DNA of 64,000 nucleotides from an uncultured Ignavibacteria bacterium (GTDB lineage: Bacteria; Bacteroidota; Ignavibacteria; Tepidaquicellales; Tepidaquicellaceae), in contig CALMST010000252.1 in the NCBI GenBank assembly GCA_937872315.1, positions 71,781 to 135,780 of the forward strand. Reading direction: 5' to 3'. Below the pieces are notes generated by a model, which saw nothing but the letters and a program-made list of their open reading frames with translations, ran no database searches and had not been told where the DNA came from. This document shows positions 56,040 to 64,000 of this stretch, one piece after another. The translations under genes and the position numbers were made by a program. Numbering within the stretch: the first letter of the stretch is position 1; every line of letters begins with the position of its first letter.

Positions 56040-57719
56040 ATGATGAAATTTCTAAAAACAACCTTATTACTTTTTTTTATCTCCAACATTTCTTTTGGTC
56101 AGGAATTATCATACCGGAATGGCGTGGTTAGCTCGGCACAGGAGATTGCTTCAAAAGTCGGAATAGAAATATTAAAATCAGGCGGCAATGCAATCGATGC
56201 TGCAGTAGGTGTCGGATTTGCTCTTGCGGTAGTTTATCCTCAGGCAGGAAATATTGGAGGAGGAGGTTTTATGATGATTCATTATAATGATAAAACCGGA
56301 AAACCTGTTAACACTTCCATTGACTACAGGGAAAAAGCCCCGCTGCAATCAGACAGGGATATGTATTTGAATTCTTCAGGAGAAATAGTCGCCGGTCTGA
56401 GTACACTTGGCAATCTTGCGGCAGGAGTTCCGGGATCAGTTGCCGGAATGTTGTATGCTCTTGAAAAATACGGAACTATGGACCGGGCCTCTGTAATTGA
56501 TTATGCAATAAATATTGCTGATACCGGTTTTATGATAAATGAAGGATTTGCAGAATTATTGAATAACTATCAGAAAGATTTCTCCCTCTTCCCTTCTACT
56601 ATGAAAGTCTTCGGAGGTAATTTCAAATCCGGTGATGTAATAATTCAAAAAGATCTTGCAAATACCCTGAGAATTATAAGGGATAATGGCGCCGATGGAT
56701 TTTACAAAGGCGAGGTTGCACAGGAGATAGTCAGCAGCATGGAGAAATCAAACGGTATTATTACTTTCGAGGATCTTGTCCTTTATCAGCCAAAAGAGAG
56801 GGATGTGATCGAAGGCTATTACAGGGGCTATGAGATTTTGTCAATGGGTCCTCCCAGCAGCGGCGGTATCAGCCTTATTTATCTGCTTAACATTCTTGAG
56901 AATTATGATTTAGGAAAAAACGGATACGGCAATGTTCAGAACATACAGCTTATGACTGAAGCTATGAGAAGAGTCTATGCTGACCGAAGCGAATTTATGG
57001 GTGACGCCGATTTTGTAAATGTACCTGTCAGCGTACTTACATCAAATTCCTATGCATTGGAAAGAATGGATGATTACTCCCCTATCAGAGCTTCAATCAG
57101 TAATAATATAAAACCCGGTGATGCAGTCCGAAAGGAAAGCAGTCAGACAACTCATTACAGCATAGCCGATAAAGACGGAAATCTGGTTTCCGTTACAACT
57201 ACTATAAATGATGTGTTTGGCAATAAAGTCGTCGTCGATGGAGCAGGTTTTTTTCTGAATAATGAAATGGATGATTTTGTTTCCAAACCGGGTGTGCCTA
57301 ATTTATACGGACTTCTGGGAAGCGAAGCAAATTCAATTGCCCCTCAGAAAAGAATGCTCAGCTCCATGACTCCTACGATTGTTTTAAAAGACAATAAACC
57401 GTTTCTTGTCGTAGGTTCTCCCGGAGGAGGAAGAATTATTACTTCCGTTCTGCAGACAATAGTAAATATTATCGATTATGATCTTGATCTTGATAAAGCA
57501 ATTAATAATCCAAGATTTCATCATCAATGGTTTCCGGATGAAATACAGGTTGAAAATAATTTTCTGAATGAAGGATCTGAAAAAGCGCTGAAAGATATGG
57601 GATACACAATAAAACCTATACGTGATTTTGGAAGTATTAATGCAATTTTATTTTTGGAAAACGGAGAAATGACAGGTGGTTCTGACAGACGTGGTTACGG
57701 ATCGGCAATAGGTTTTTAA
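56040..57719 (+). CDS. ggt: Gamma-glutamyltransferase
   Basis: Signal peptide, autoprocessing site SQ-TTHYSIADKDGN, GSPGGGRII. Confidence 0.87.
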   Translation: MMKFLKTTLLLFFISNISFGQELSYRNGVVSSAQEIASKVGIEILKSGGNAIDAAVGVGFALAVVYPQAGNIGGGGFMMIHYNDKTGKPVNTSIDYREKAPLQSDRDMYLNSSGEIVAGLSTLGNLAAGVPGSVAGMLYALEKYGTMDRASVIDYAINIADTGFMINEGFAELLNNYQKDFSLFPSTMKVFGGNFKSGDVIIQKDLANTLRIIRDNGADGFYKGEVAQEIVSSMEKSNGIITFEDLVLYQPKERDVIEGYYRGYEILSMGPPSSGGISLIYLLNILENYDLGKNGYGNVQNIQLMTEAMRRVYADRSEFMGDADFVNVPVSVLTSNSYALERMDDYSPIRASISNNIKPGDAVRKESSQTTHYSIADKDGNLVSVTTTINDVFGNKVVVDGAGFFLNNEMDDFVSKPGVPNLYGLLGSEANSIAPQKRMLSSMTPTIVLKDNKPFLVVGSPGGGRIITSVLQTIVNIIDYDLDLDKAINNPRFHHQWFPDEIQVENNFLNEGSEKALKDMGYTIKPIRDFGSINAILFLENGEMTGGSDRRGYGSAIGF

Positions 57720-57745
57720 ATTTATCCGCAAGATCCGGAATGTTT

Positions 57746-58768
57746 TCAATCATCTTTCCTGAATTTTTTCAGGGATATATTTTCAGAAATACCCTGGACA
57801 TTTTTCAGTATATTTTTTCCTTTTAATTGAAGATCAAAATCAGAAAGATATCGGCTTAGCGAATAAACATCTTCCAGTTTTGTTTTATTCCTGCATACAA
57901 GTTTTATGTCTTTAGAGGTTATGGCGATTTCTTTATTGAAATTCAGTGATGAGAAACTCATCTTACTCTTTGTATCAATGCTAAATTCATCCAGCTCCTT
58001 TTCAATTTTCCCGTCCTTATATATAAAAAGCTTCTTGAAAGGCTTTTTGTCTTTATCGAAATATTCAATTAAAGTGTATATTAACGAATATTCATTTGTA
58101 ACTACTCTTCCCCAGTACCAGTTTTGTATATTAATATATAATGCCTCGTCACCCCAGTGATGATCATAATAACCGAATCCGTTAAATTCAGTTTTCATTC
58201 TTTTGAAATTTATATAAAATTTGAACTTACCCGTAACTTCACACACAGCTGCCGCAGGTAGCCAGAAATGCTTTTCATCAGGCATTTGGGTAAATGACTC
58301 ATCCTGACCGGGATTTTCATTTTTCACCGTAAAAACAAATTCAGCCTTGAATTTTTTATCCAGATCAGTTGAGGAAAGATTAATATTAAGATAATATTTG
58401 TTCTCAATTCTTCTGAAAATAAAAAAATTCTTTTCAAGTGAGATCTTCTCTTCCAGGTTATTACTTTCTACTTTAAAAAAATTTCTTTCATAATCGTAAT
58501 TTATGCTGTAGACTATTCTGCTTTTGAAATATAGATTAAATGATAAAGAAGTATAATCGATCATTTCCGGTCTTTTTAATTCCGGAAAGTTGAGATGTTC
58601 TTTTACGTTTGTCTGGTATTTATTCGAAAATGGATTGCCTGTGAGAAATTTCGCTACAAATGAGTATTCATTATCTTCATCAATACAATCAAAATGCCAC
58701 CATTCATATGCGCCTGCTCCTTTAAGCTTATGAGATGTGTTCTCCTTTAAATTTTTGACTATCTGCAA
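57746..58768 (-). CDS. crtC: CrtC-like carotenoid 1,2-hydratase (hydroxyneurosporene synthase family)
   Basis: N-terminal GAGAYEWWHFDCIDEDNEYSFVAKF fits the G-x-Y-x-WW-x-x-D signature of the family. ~340 aa. Confidence 0.55.
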   Translation of the reverse strand: MQIVKNLKENTSHKLKGAGAYEWWHFDCIDEDNEYSFVAKFLTGNPFSNKYQTNVKEHLNFPELKRPEMIDYTSLSFNLYFKSRIVYSINYDYERNFFKVESNNLEEKISLEKNFFIFRRIENKYYLNINLSSTDLDKKFKAEFVFTVKNENPGQDESFTQMPDEKHFWLPAAAVCEVTGKFKFYINFKRMKTEFNGFGYYDHHWGDEALYINIQNWYWGRVVTNEYSLIYTLIEYFDKDKKPFKKLFIYKDGKIEKELDEFSIDTKSKMSFSSLNFNKEIAITSKDIKLVCRNKTKLEDVYSLSRYLSDFDLQLKGKNILKNVQGISENISLKKFRKDD

Positions 58769-58866
58769 GTTTATTTAATTTTTAATTTGTTACGTAAATA
58801 TTATAATCATAAATTTAAAAACAAATATAAAAATCACTGTTTGTTGTAATTTAAATAACTCACCTT

Positions 58867-60000
58867 TTGACAACATTTTTAATAATCATTGATCTCATCC
58901 TTTTAATTTTACTTCTGTTAAATATTATAAATATCTTTTCTCTGAATAAAATAAAGCTGATTACGGAAACAGGTTCCGGAGATTTCGTTTCTGTACTGAT
59001 CCCTGCCCGCAACGAAGAAGATAATATCGGAGTTTGCATTGCATCTGTGCTCGAACAGAATTTTACAAACTTTGAGTTAATAATCCTGAATGATAATTCC
59101 ACTGACAGTACACTTAACATAATATCTTCATTTGAATCCGGAAAGATAAAAATTATTAACGGCAAACCGCTTCCTGAAGGATGGGTTGGTAAAAACTTTG
59201 CTTGCCATCAGCTTCAGTCTGAAGCAAAAGGTGATTATCTTTTGTTTCTGGATGCAGATACGATCATGAAACAGGGATGTCTTGCTTCTGCAATAAACTT
59301 TGCGCGTTCTTATAAAACAGGCTTACTTTCACTCATGCCTTATGAAATTTCAATTTCGTTCTGGGAAAAGACCGTGATTCCGATGTTGTATTTTGCGTTA
59401 ATGGTTTTTTTGCCTGTTCCTCTGATAGAAAGATCCGGAAGAAAAGAAATTGCAGTAGGTAACGGGCAGTTCATGCTTTTCAGCCGAAAATGTTACGACA
59501 CTATAGGTGGTCATAAATCTTTGAAGAACAAAATTGTCGAAGATGTCTGGCTGGCAAAAAGAGTAAAAGAGTTCAGGGAAAAACTGATATTTGCCGACGG
59601 AACAGATTTTGTCAGTTGCAGAATGTATAAAGACTTTAATGAAGTATGGAACGGATTTTCCAAAAACTTTTTTGCCGGACTGTCTTTTTCAAAATCAGGA
59701 TTGACGGTAATTATTGTTTTATATTTCCTGCTTTTTATTTTACCGTTAATTACTTTATGTTCCGGAATAATGAATTCAGATCCGGACCTATTAAAATATT
59801 CTCTCATTGGATTTATAATACCGGTTATTATCAGAATTACCCATGCAATTAAATTTCATCAGCCTTTTCTGTTTTCTTTTCTCAATTTTCTGAGCAGCGG
59901 TTTCATAATAGCCGTTGCTTTGAATTCGTTCAGAATACTTAAATTCGGAAAGGGCGCAAACTGGAAAGGAAGAAATTACGAAGAGAATGTTATTAAATAG
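58867..60000 (+). CDS. Family 2 glycosyltransferase with C-terminal membrane helices (carotenoid glycosyltransferase CruC/CrtQ-like suspected)
   Basis: VSVLIPARNEE, ILNDNSTD and FLDADT (DxD), then several hydrophobic helices. Divergent from the CrtC-like gene. Confidence 0.6.
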   Translation: MTTFLIIIDLILLILLLLNIINIFSLNKIKLITETGSGDFVSVLIPARNEEDNIGVCIASVLEQNFTNFELIILNDNSTDSTLNIISSFESGKIKIINGKPLPEGWVGKNFACHQLQSEAKGDYLLFLDADTIMKQGCLASAINFARSYKTGLLSLMPYEISISFWEKTVIPMLYFALMVFLPVPLIERSGRKEIAVGNGQFMLFSRKCYDTIGGHKSLKNKIVEDVWLAKRVKEFREKLIFADGTDFVSCRMYKDFNEVWNGFSKNFFAGLSFSKSGLTVIIVLYFLLFILPLITLCSGIMNSDPDLLKYSLIGFIIPVIIRITHAIKFHQPFLFSFLNFLSSGFIIAVALNSFRILKFGKGANWKGRNYEENVIK

Positions 60001-60053
60001 TTTTATTATTCTTTATTAAGTAATTTACAACCTTATTCATAAAATATACAATC

Positions 60054-61685
60054 ATGATCCGAAAATCCTCATTTTTTATAAAACTAATTTTTACCTTTTT
60101 AATTCTTCTTATCTTTTCAGGCAATACATTTTCACAGGAAGATGATTCTTTTGATGTTCTGAAATATGAACTGGATCTGGATCTGTACAATTGTTTTAAA
60201 GAACCAATATCGAGAGCATTTACTGCATCAGAAAAGATAAGCATTAAAGCCAACAGGCAATTAGGTGATATTATACTGAACGCTTCAAGCACTTCTCTGA
60301 AAATTGAATCTGTTTCTGGCGCAGGCGTTTCATTTATACATGAGAATGATTTACTTACAATAATACTAAACAGTCTTTACAGTACCGATGATAATTTTGA
60401 AGTTATTATTAATTACAGTCATAATAATATTAAGGACTCCGCATTTTATTCATATCAGGGAATGATCTTCACTGACTGCGAACCTTCAAAGGCAAGAAAA
60501 TGGTTTCCCTGCAAGGATGTTCCTGATGATAAGGCATTAACAAAAATAACTTCTTCCGTCCCGTCAAATGTTCTCCTTTGCTCAAACGGAATACTTACAG
60601 ATTCCACTGTGACAGGAGACAGAACATCTTATACCTGGGAAAGTAAATTCCCGGTAGCAACTTATCTTGTAGCCGTTGTGGCTAGTTATAAATTCAATCT
60701 TGATATTGTAAACTGGCAAAGACCAAACGGCGAGAATATGGAGGTAAGGTTTTACTGGCAAAATGGCGAGACTCAGTTCAATCTTAAAAATGTAATGAGT
60801 AAGATAGGAAAGATGCTTGATCTTTTTTCAAAATTGTACGGTGATTATCCATTTGAAAAACTGGCATTTGCAACTACCAACAAAGAGTTTGAATGGGGTG
60901 GAATGGAAAATCAGACGATAATAACTTTATGTCCGGATTGCTGGACTGAGGATCTTGCCGCGCACGAACTCGCGCATCAGTGGTTTGGAGATCTTATCAC
61001 GCCTTCATCATGGGCTGACATATGGCTTAATGAAGGTTTTGCAACATATCTGGAAACCGTTTGGTATGGATCTCAGTCAGGTATTGCGCGATATAAAAAG
61101 CTCAATAAATATGAAGCCGTTAAATATCTTGCTGGAAATCCCGGCTGGGCTTCATATGAAAATTCTTGGGATGTTTCATCTCCTGACAGCGAACAATTAT
61201 TCAATACGAGTATTACTTATTCAAAATCATCGTGTATAATTTATATGCTTAGATATGTTATTGGTGAGACAGAGTTTGATGAGATAATATACAAATATGC
61301 TACCAGTCCGGAATTCATGTATGGAAATATAAGTACTGAAAAATTTATAAATTTCATAAATGAACAGAGCGGAAGGGATCTGAACTGGTTTTTTGATCAG
61401 TGGCTGTTTAAACCTGATCATCCTGTTTACAATAACAATTTTCAATCGGAAGAAACTTCTGACGGAAAATGGAAACTTGATTACACAATAAATCAGATTC
61501 AGAAGAATAATGTTTTCTACAAAATGCCGGTTGATCTGAAAATAGTTTTTAATAATGGGAAAGATACGACAGTCACTGTCAGCAATGATTATAATTTACA
61601 GACTTTTAATTTTGAATTTGAAAATGAACCGGAGAAAATTATTTTTGATCCGGATAGCAAGATCCTCCTTAAGGAAACTGAATGA
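60054..61685 (+). CDS. M1-family zinc aminopeptidase (secreted)
   Basis: WGGMENQT (GxMEN), and HELAHQWFG...WLNEGFATY (HExxH-E). Confidence 0.87.
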   Translation: MIRKSSFFIKLIFTFLILLIFSGNTFSQEDDSFDVLKYELDLDLYNCFKEPISRAFTASEKISIKANRQLGDIILNASSTSLKIESVSGAGVSFIHENDLLTIILNSLYSTDDNFEVIINYSHNNIKDSAFYSYQGMIFTDCEPSKARKWFPCKDVPDDKALTKITSSVPSNVLLCSNGILTDSTVTGDRTSYTWESKFPVATYLVAVVASYKFNLDIVNWQRPNGENMEVRFYWQNGETQFNLKNVMSKIGKMLDLFSKLYGDYPFEKLAFATTNKEFEWGGMENQTIITLCPDCWTEDLAAHELAHQWFGDLITPSSWADIWLNEGFATYLETVWYGSQSGIARYKKLNKYEAVKYLAGNPGWASYENSWDVSSPDSEQLFNTSITYSKSSCIIYMLRYVIGETEFDEIIYKYATSPEFMYGNISTEKFINFINEQSGRDLNWFFDQWLFKPDHPVYNNNFQSEETSDGKWKLDYTINQIQKNNVFYKMPVDLKIVFNNGKDTTVTVSNDYNLQTFNFEFENEPEKIIFDPDSKILLKETE

Positions 61686-63008
61686 TCATTTTCTTTTTGA
61701 CCAGAACTTAATTAATCTTTTCTTCATATCGGATTCAGCTCCGTTATCTGTAGGTTCGTAATAAATTTTATCCTTTATTTCTTCAGGCAGATAATCCTGC
61801 TCGACAAAGTTGTTTTCAAAATCATGCGCATATTTATAATCCTTCCCGTAATTAAGTTCTTTCATTAATTTAGTAGGGGCATTTCTCAGATGCACAGGCA
61901 CATCAAGCGCGTTATATTTTTCTATATCTTCTTTAGCTTTGGATAAAGCCAGATATGAAGCATTACTTTTTGGACAGCATGCGAGATATATAGCAGTCTG
62001 TGACAATACCAGAGCAGCCTCAGGCATTCCGATATAATTTGCAGCAGTGAAAGCATTTGTAGCCATAATCAGAGCATCAGGATCGGCGTTGCCAATATCT
62101 TCCGAAGCAAGAATGATCATTCTTCTTGCAATGAACTTAGGTTCTTCCCCTCCTTTCATCATTCTCGCAAGCCAGTAAACCGCTGCGTCAGGATCACTCC
62201 CTCTTATGCTTTTAATGAACGCTGATATTATATTATAATGCTCTTCAAGATTTTTATCATATTTTATATAGTTGGTCTGAAAAGATTCCATGAAAATTTC
62301 ATTGGTAAGATTTATCAAATTATTTTCATCAGGTGTTGTTAATTTTACCGCGAGATCAATACCGTTTAATAATTTTCTTGCATCTCCGTTGGAGAGCTGT
62401 ATGAGGAATTTTCTGTTTTCAATTTTAATATCAAGCTTACTGAGAATACTGTCATTTTCAAGAGTGTTTGAAATAATAAAAAGAAGATCATCCTTATTAA
62501 GCTCTTCAAGTATGTATATTCTGCTTCGGGAGAGTAACGGAGATATCACTTCAAAAGATGGATTTTCAGTAGTAGCTCCAATAAGTGTCACGATCCCGCT
62601 TTCCACACTCTGAAGAAGAGAATCCTGCTGTGCTTTATTGAATCTGTGTATCTCATCAATAAAAAGAATTGTTCTCTTTTTTTTAGTTCTCAGATTGTAA
62701 TCCGCTTTATCTATTGCAGCTCTGACATCTTTCACTCCGGCAGATACGGCTGAAAGCTGAATAAATTCTGATTCAACAAGAAATGAAATTAAAATGGCAA
62801 GTGTAGTTTTACCAACTCCGGGGGGCCCCCATAAAATCATGGAAACAGGTTCTTTTTTTTCTATCATGACCCTGATCGGTTTTCCGGGATCAAGCAGATG
62901 CTTCTGACCGGCAAAATCTTCCAGCCTTACAGGTCTCATTCTTTCAGCGAGAGGAACATAAATGTTTTCTATTTCCGTGTTGTGCTCGTTTCCAAATAGA
63001 TCTATCAT
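61686..63008 (-). CDS. rarA: Replication-associated recombination protein A (MgsA/RarA AAA+ ATPase)
   Basis: GPPGVGKTT Walker A, FIDEIHRFNK, and C-terminal MgsA-type region (AVYWLARM...GEEP). Confidence 0.87.
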   Translation of the reverse strand: MIDLFGNEHNTEIENIYVPLAERMRPVRLEDFAGQKHLLDPGKPIRVMIEKKEPVSMILWGPPGVGKTTLAILISFLVESEFIQLSAVSAGVKDVRAAIDKADYNLRTKKKRTILFIDEIHRFNKAQQDSLLQSVESGIVTLIGATTENPSFEVISPLLSRSRIYILEELNKDDLLFIISNTLENDSILSKLDIKIENRKFLIQLSNGDARKLLNGIDLAVKLTTPDENNLINLTNEIFMESFQTNYIKYDKNLEEHYNIISAFIKSIRGSDPDAAVYWLARMMKGGEEPKFIARRMIILASEDIGNADPDALIMATNAFTAANYIGMPEAALVLSQTAIYLACCPKSNASYLALSKAKEDIEKYNALDVPVHLRNAPTKLMKELNYGKDYKYAHDFENNFVEQDYLPEEIKDKIYYEPTDNGAESDMKKRLIKFWSKRK

Positions 63009-63023
63009 TGATATATATTGAAA

Positions 63024-63947
63024 TTATTTAATAATTTTATCTTCCGATTTATTAACATAATATACTCCGGTCAGAATAAGTAACAGTCCTGCAAAATGTA
63101 AAGCAAAGATCTTTTCTCCGTATATTAATCCCCAGAATACCGCCACGATCGGGATCATATATGTTACAATTCCTGCAAAAAATACTGAAGTAGTCTGTAT
63201 CAACCGTGTATAAAGCACAATACCCACAGCAGTCCCAAGTATTCCTAATATGACCATTGCTCCGAAAGATCTTAATGCATCAGGATTTGTCATGAATACT
63301 GAAATGAAATCAGTTGAAAACAGATATATCATTGAAACAGGACCAATCGTTGCTAGCGCCAGAGCGGATACAGTAACTGCTCCTGTTTCGCTCAGATGAA
63401 CAGCTATTAAATTCAGACTGATTGCATAACATAATGTCGCCGTGACCACCAGCAATGCATATATATTCACCCCTCCAAAGCTGCCGGTTGTGTTTACAAG
63501 ACTCAGAATTATTGTCCCGGCAAAGCCAATAATAATTCCAACTATCTGATAAAATTCTATTTTATACTTAAAAATATAAACTGCAATGAGCAATGCAAAC
63601 AAAGGTGTTAATCCGTTCAGCATTCCGGTGATCGAACTTTCCAGTTCGGTTTCCGCCAGTGAAAAGAAAAGTGACGGTAACAGATTTCCAACAATTCCAA
63701 TTACTATTATATATTTTCTTTTTTCTTTCGGTAGTTTTTTAAAATTTTTAAATACAAACGGCAGCATAAATACAAATGCTATCGATACTCTCAAAGCTGT
63801 TGCCTGCTCTGGTGTAAATGCTATCAGACCTTCTTTGATAAGTATAAAAGAACTACCCCAGATCAGTGAAAGCAGTAACAACAGAAACCATGGTTCTCCC
63901 CTGCCGGACTTAATGAATTTTCTGTACAATAAAATTGTGTTTGACAA
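63024..63947 (-). CDS. EamA/DMT-family transporter (10 TM)
   Basis: Two repeated five-helix hydrophobic halves. LIWGSSFI near the N-terminus. Confidence 0.75.
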   Translation of the reverse strand: MSNTILLYRKFIKSGRGEPWFLLLLLSLIWGSSFILIKEGLIAFTPEQATALRVSIAFVFMLPFVFKNFKKLPKEKRKYIIVIGIVGNLLPSLFFSLAETELESSITGMLNGLTPLFALLIAVYIFKYKIEFYQIVGIIIGFAGTIILSLVNTTGSFGGVNIYALLVVTATLCYAISLNLIAVHLSETGAVTVSALALATIGPVSMIYLFSTDFISVFMTNPDALRSFGAMVILGILGTAVGIVLYTRLIQTTSVFFAGIVTYMIPIVAVFWGLIYGEKIFALHFAGLLLILTGVYYVNKSEDKIIK

Positions 63948-64000
63948 AAATACACTTATTTTTTTAAAACATTAAGTAATATATTTTTTGATAGTGTTAA

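Noticed and set aside
58860-59165. 101-aa minus-strand ORF overlapping the 5' end of the GT2 gene.
   Set aside because: It is antisense to a CDS carrying clear GT2 motifs and is a low-complexity translation.
63586-63975. 129-aa plus-strand ORF overlapping the EamA transporter gene.
   Set aside because: It is antisense to a 10-TM transporter CDS of the expected length and has no independent support.
1-64000. Search by eye for tRNA/rRNA genes, CRISPR arrays, transposases, integrases, phage genes, toxin-antitoxin pairs or known defence-system genes.
   Set aside because: None found. Intergenic regions are AT-rich and lack tRNA-like GC-rich stems (one GGTTCGAAT string at ~43488 has no complementary T-stem). 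The only accessory-looking content is the NRPS cluster and the adjacent receptor locus.

Overview
This is a low-GC (by eye) bacterial chromosomal window. The gene content suggests a Bacteroidota / Ignavibacteriota-Chlorobi-type organism: a TonB-dependent receptor with a CarboxypepD_reg-like N-terminus, a bacilliredoxin, a CrtC-like hydratase next to a GT2, and a DsbD fusion. That taxonomic call is inference only.

The left 24.5 kb is a single minus-strand non-ribosomal peptide synthetase (NRPS) gene cluster. In transcription order it encodes:
- a periplasm-anchored penicillin-acylase/PvdQ-like Ntn hydrolase (22001-24466)
- a small 4-TM protein
- a type II thioesterase
- a JmjC/Cupin_8-type oxygenase
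- a 2074-aa NRPS with the domain order starter C-A-T-C-FkbH-like
- a second giant NRPS (13636 to beyond position 1, at least 4545 codons) reading T-C-A-T-E-C-A-T-C-A-T-C-A...

The second NRPS is absent from the supplied ORF track because its stop codon lies outside the window. I recovered it by hand translation.

The most unusual feature is an FkbH-like glyceryl-loading domain fused after a condensation domain. It is separated from its presumptive partner carrier domain by a single in-frame TAA. Together with the starter C domain and the acylase, this suggests an N-acylated, glycerate-containing (depsi)peptide that is later deacylated.

Divergent from this cluster, across a 670-bp AT-rich spacer, lies a metal-uptake-type locus: a MerC-like membrane protein, a His/Cys-rich small protein, a TonB-dependent receptor and a YkgJ-type Cys-cluster protein.

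The remaining ~35 kb is mostly housekeeping: ALDH/SDR/anmK, an RsbV/W/U-type partner-switching module, rpsR, SLT, comF, clpC-fabH, ispE, truA, dsbD-like, nadE, ggt, M1 aminopeptidase, rarA and an EamA transporter. I saw no rRNA, tRNA, CRISPR array, transposase or integrase. A perfect 7-bp tandem repeat (about 9 copies) lies between two convergent genes at 40182-40243. Domain boundaries are approximate (about +/-60 nt). Motif coordinates were read directly from the sequence.
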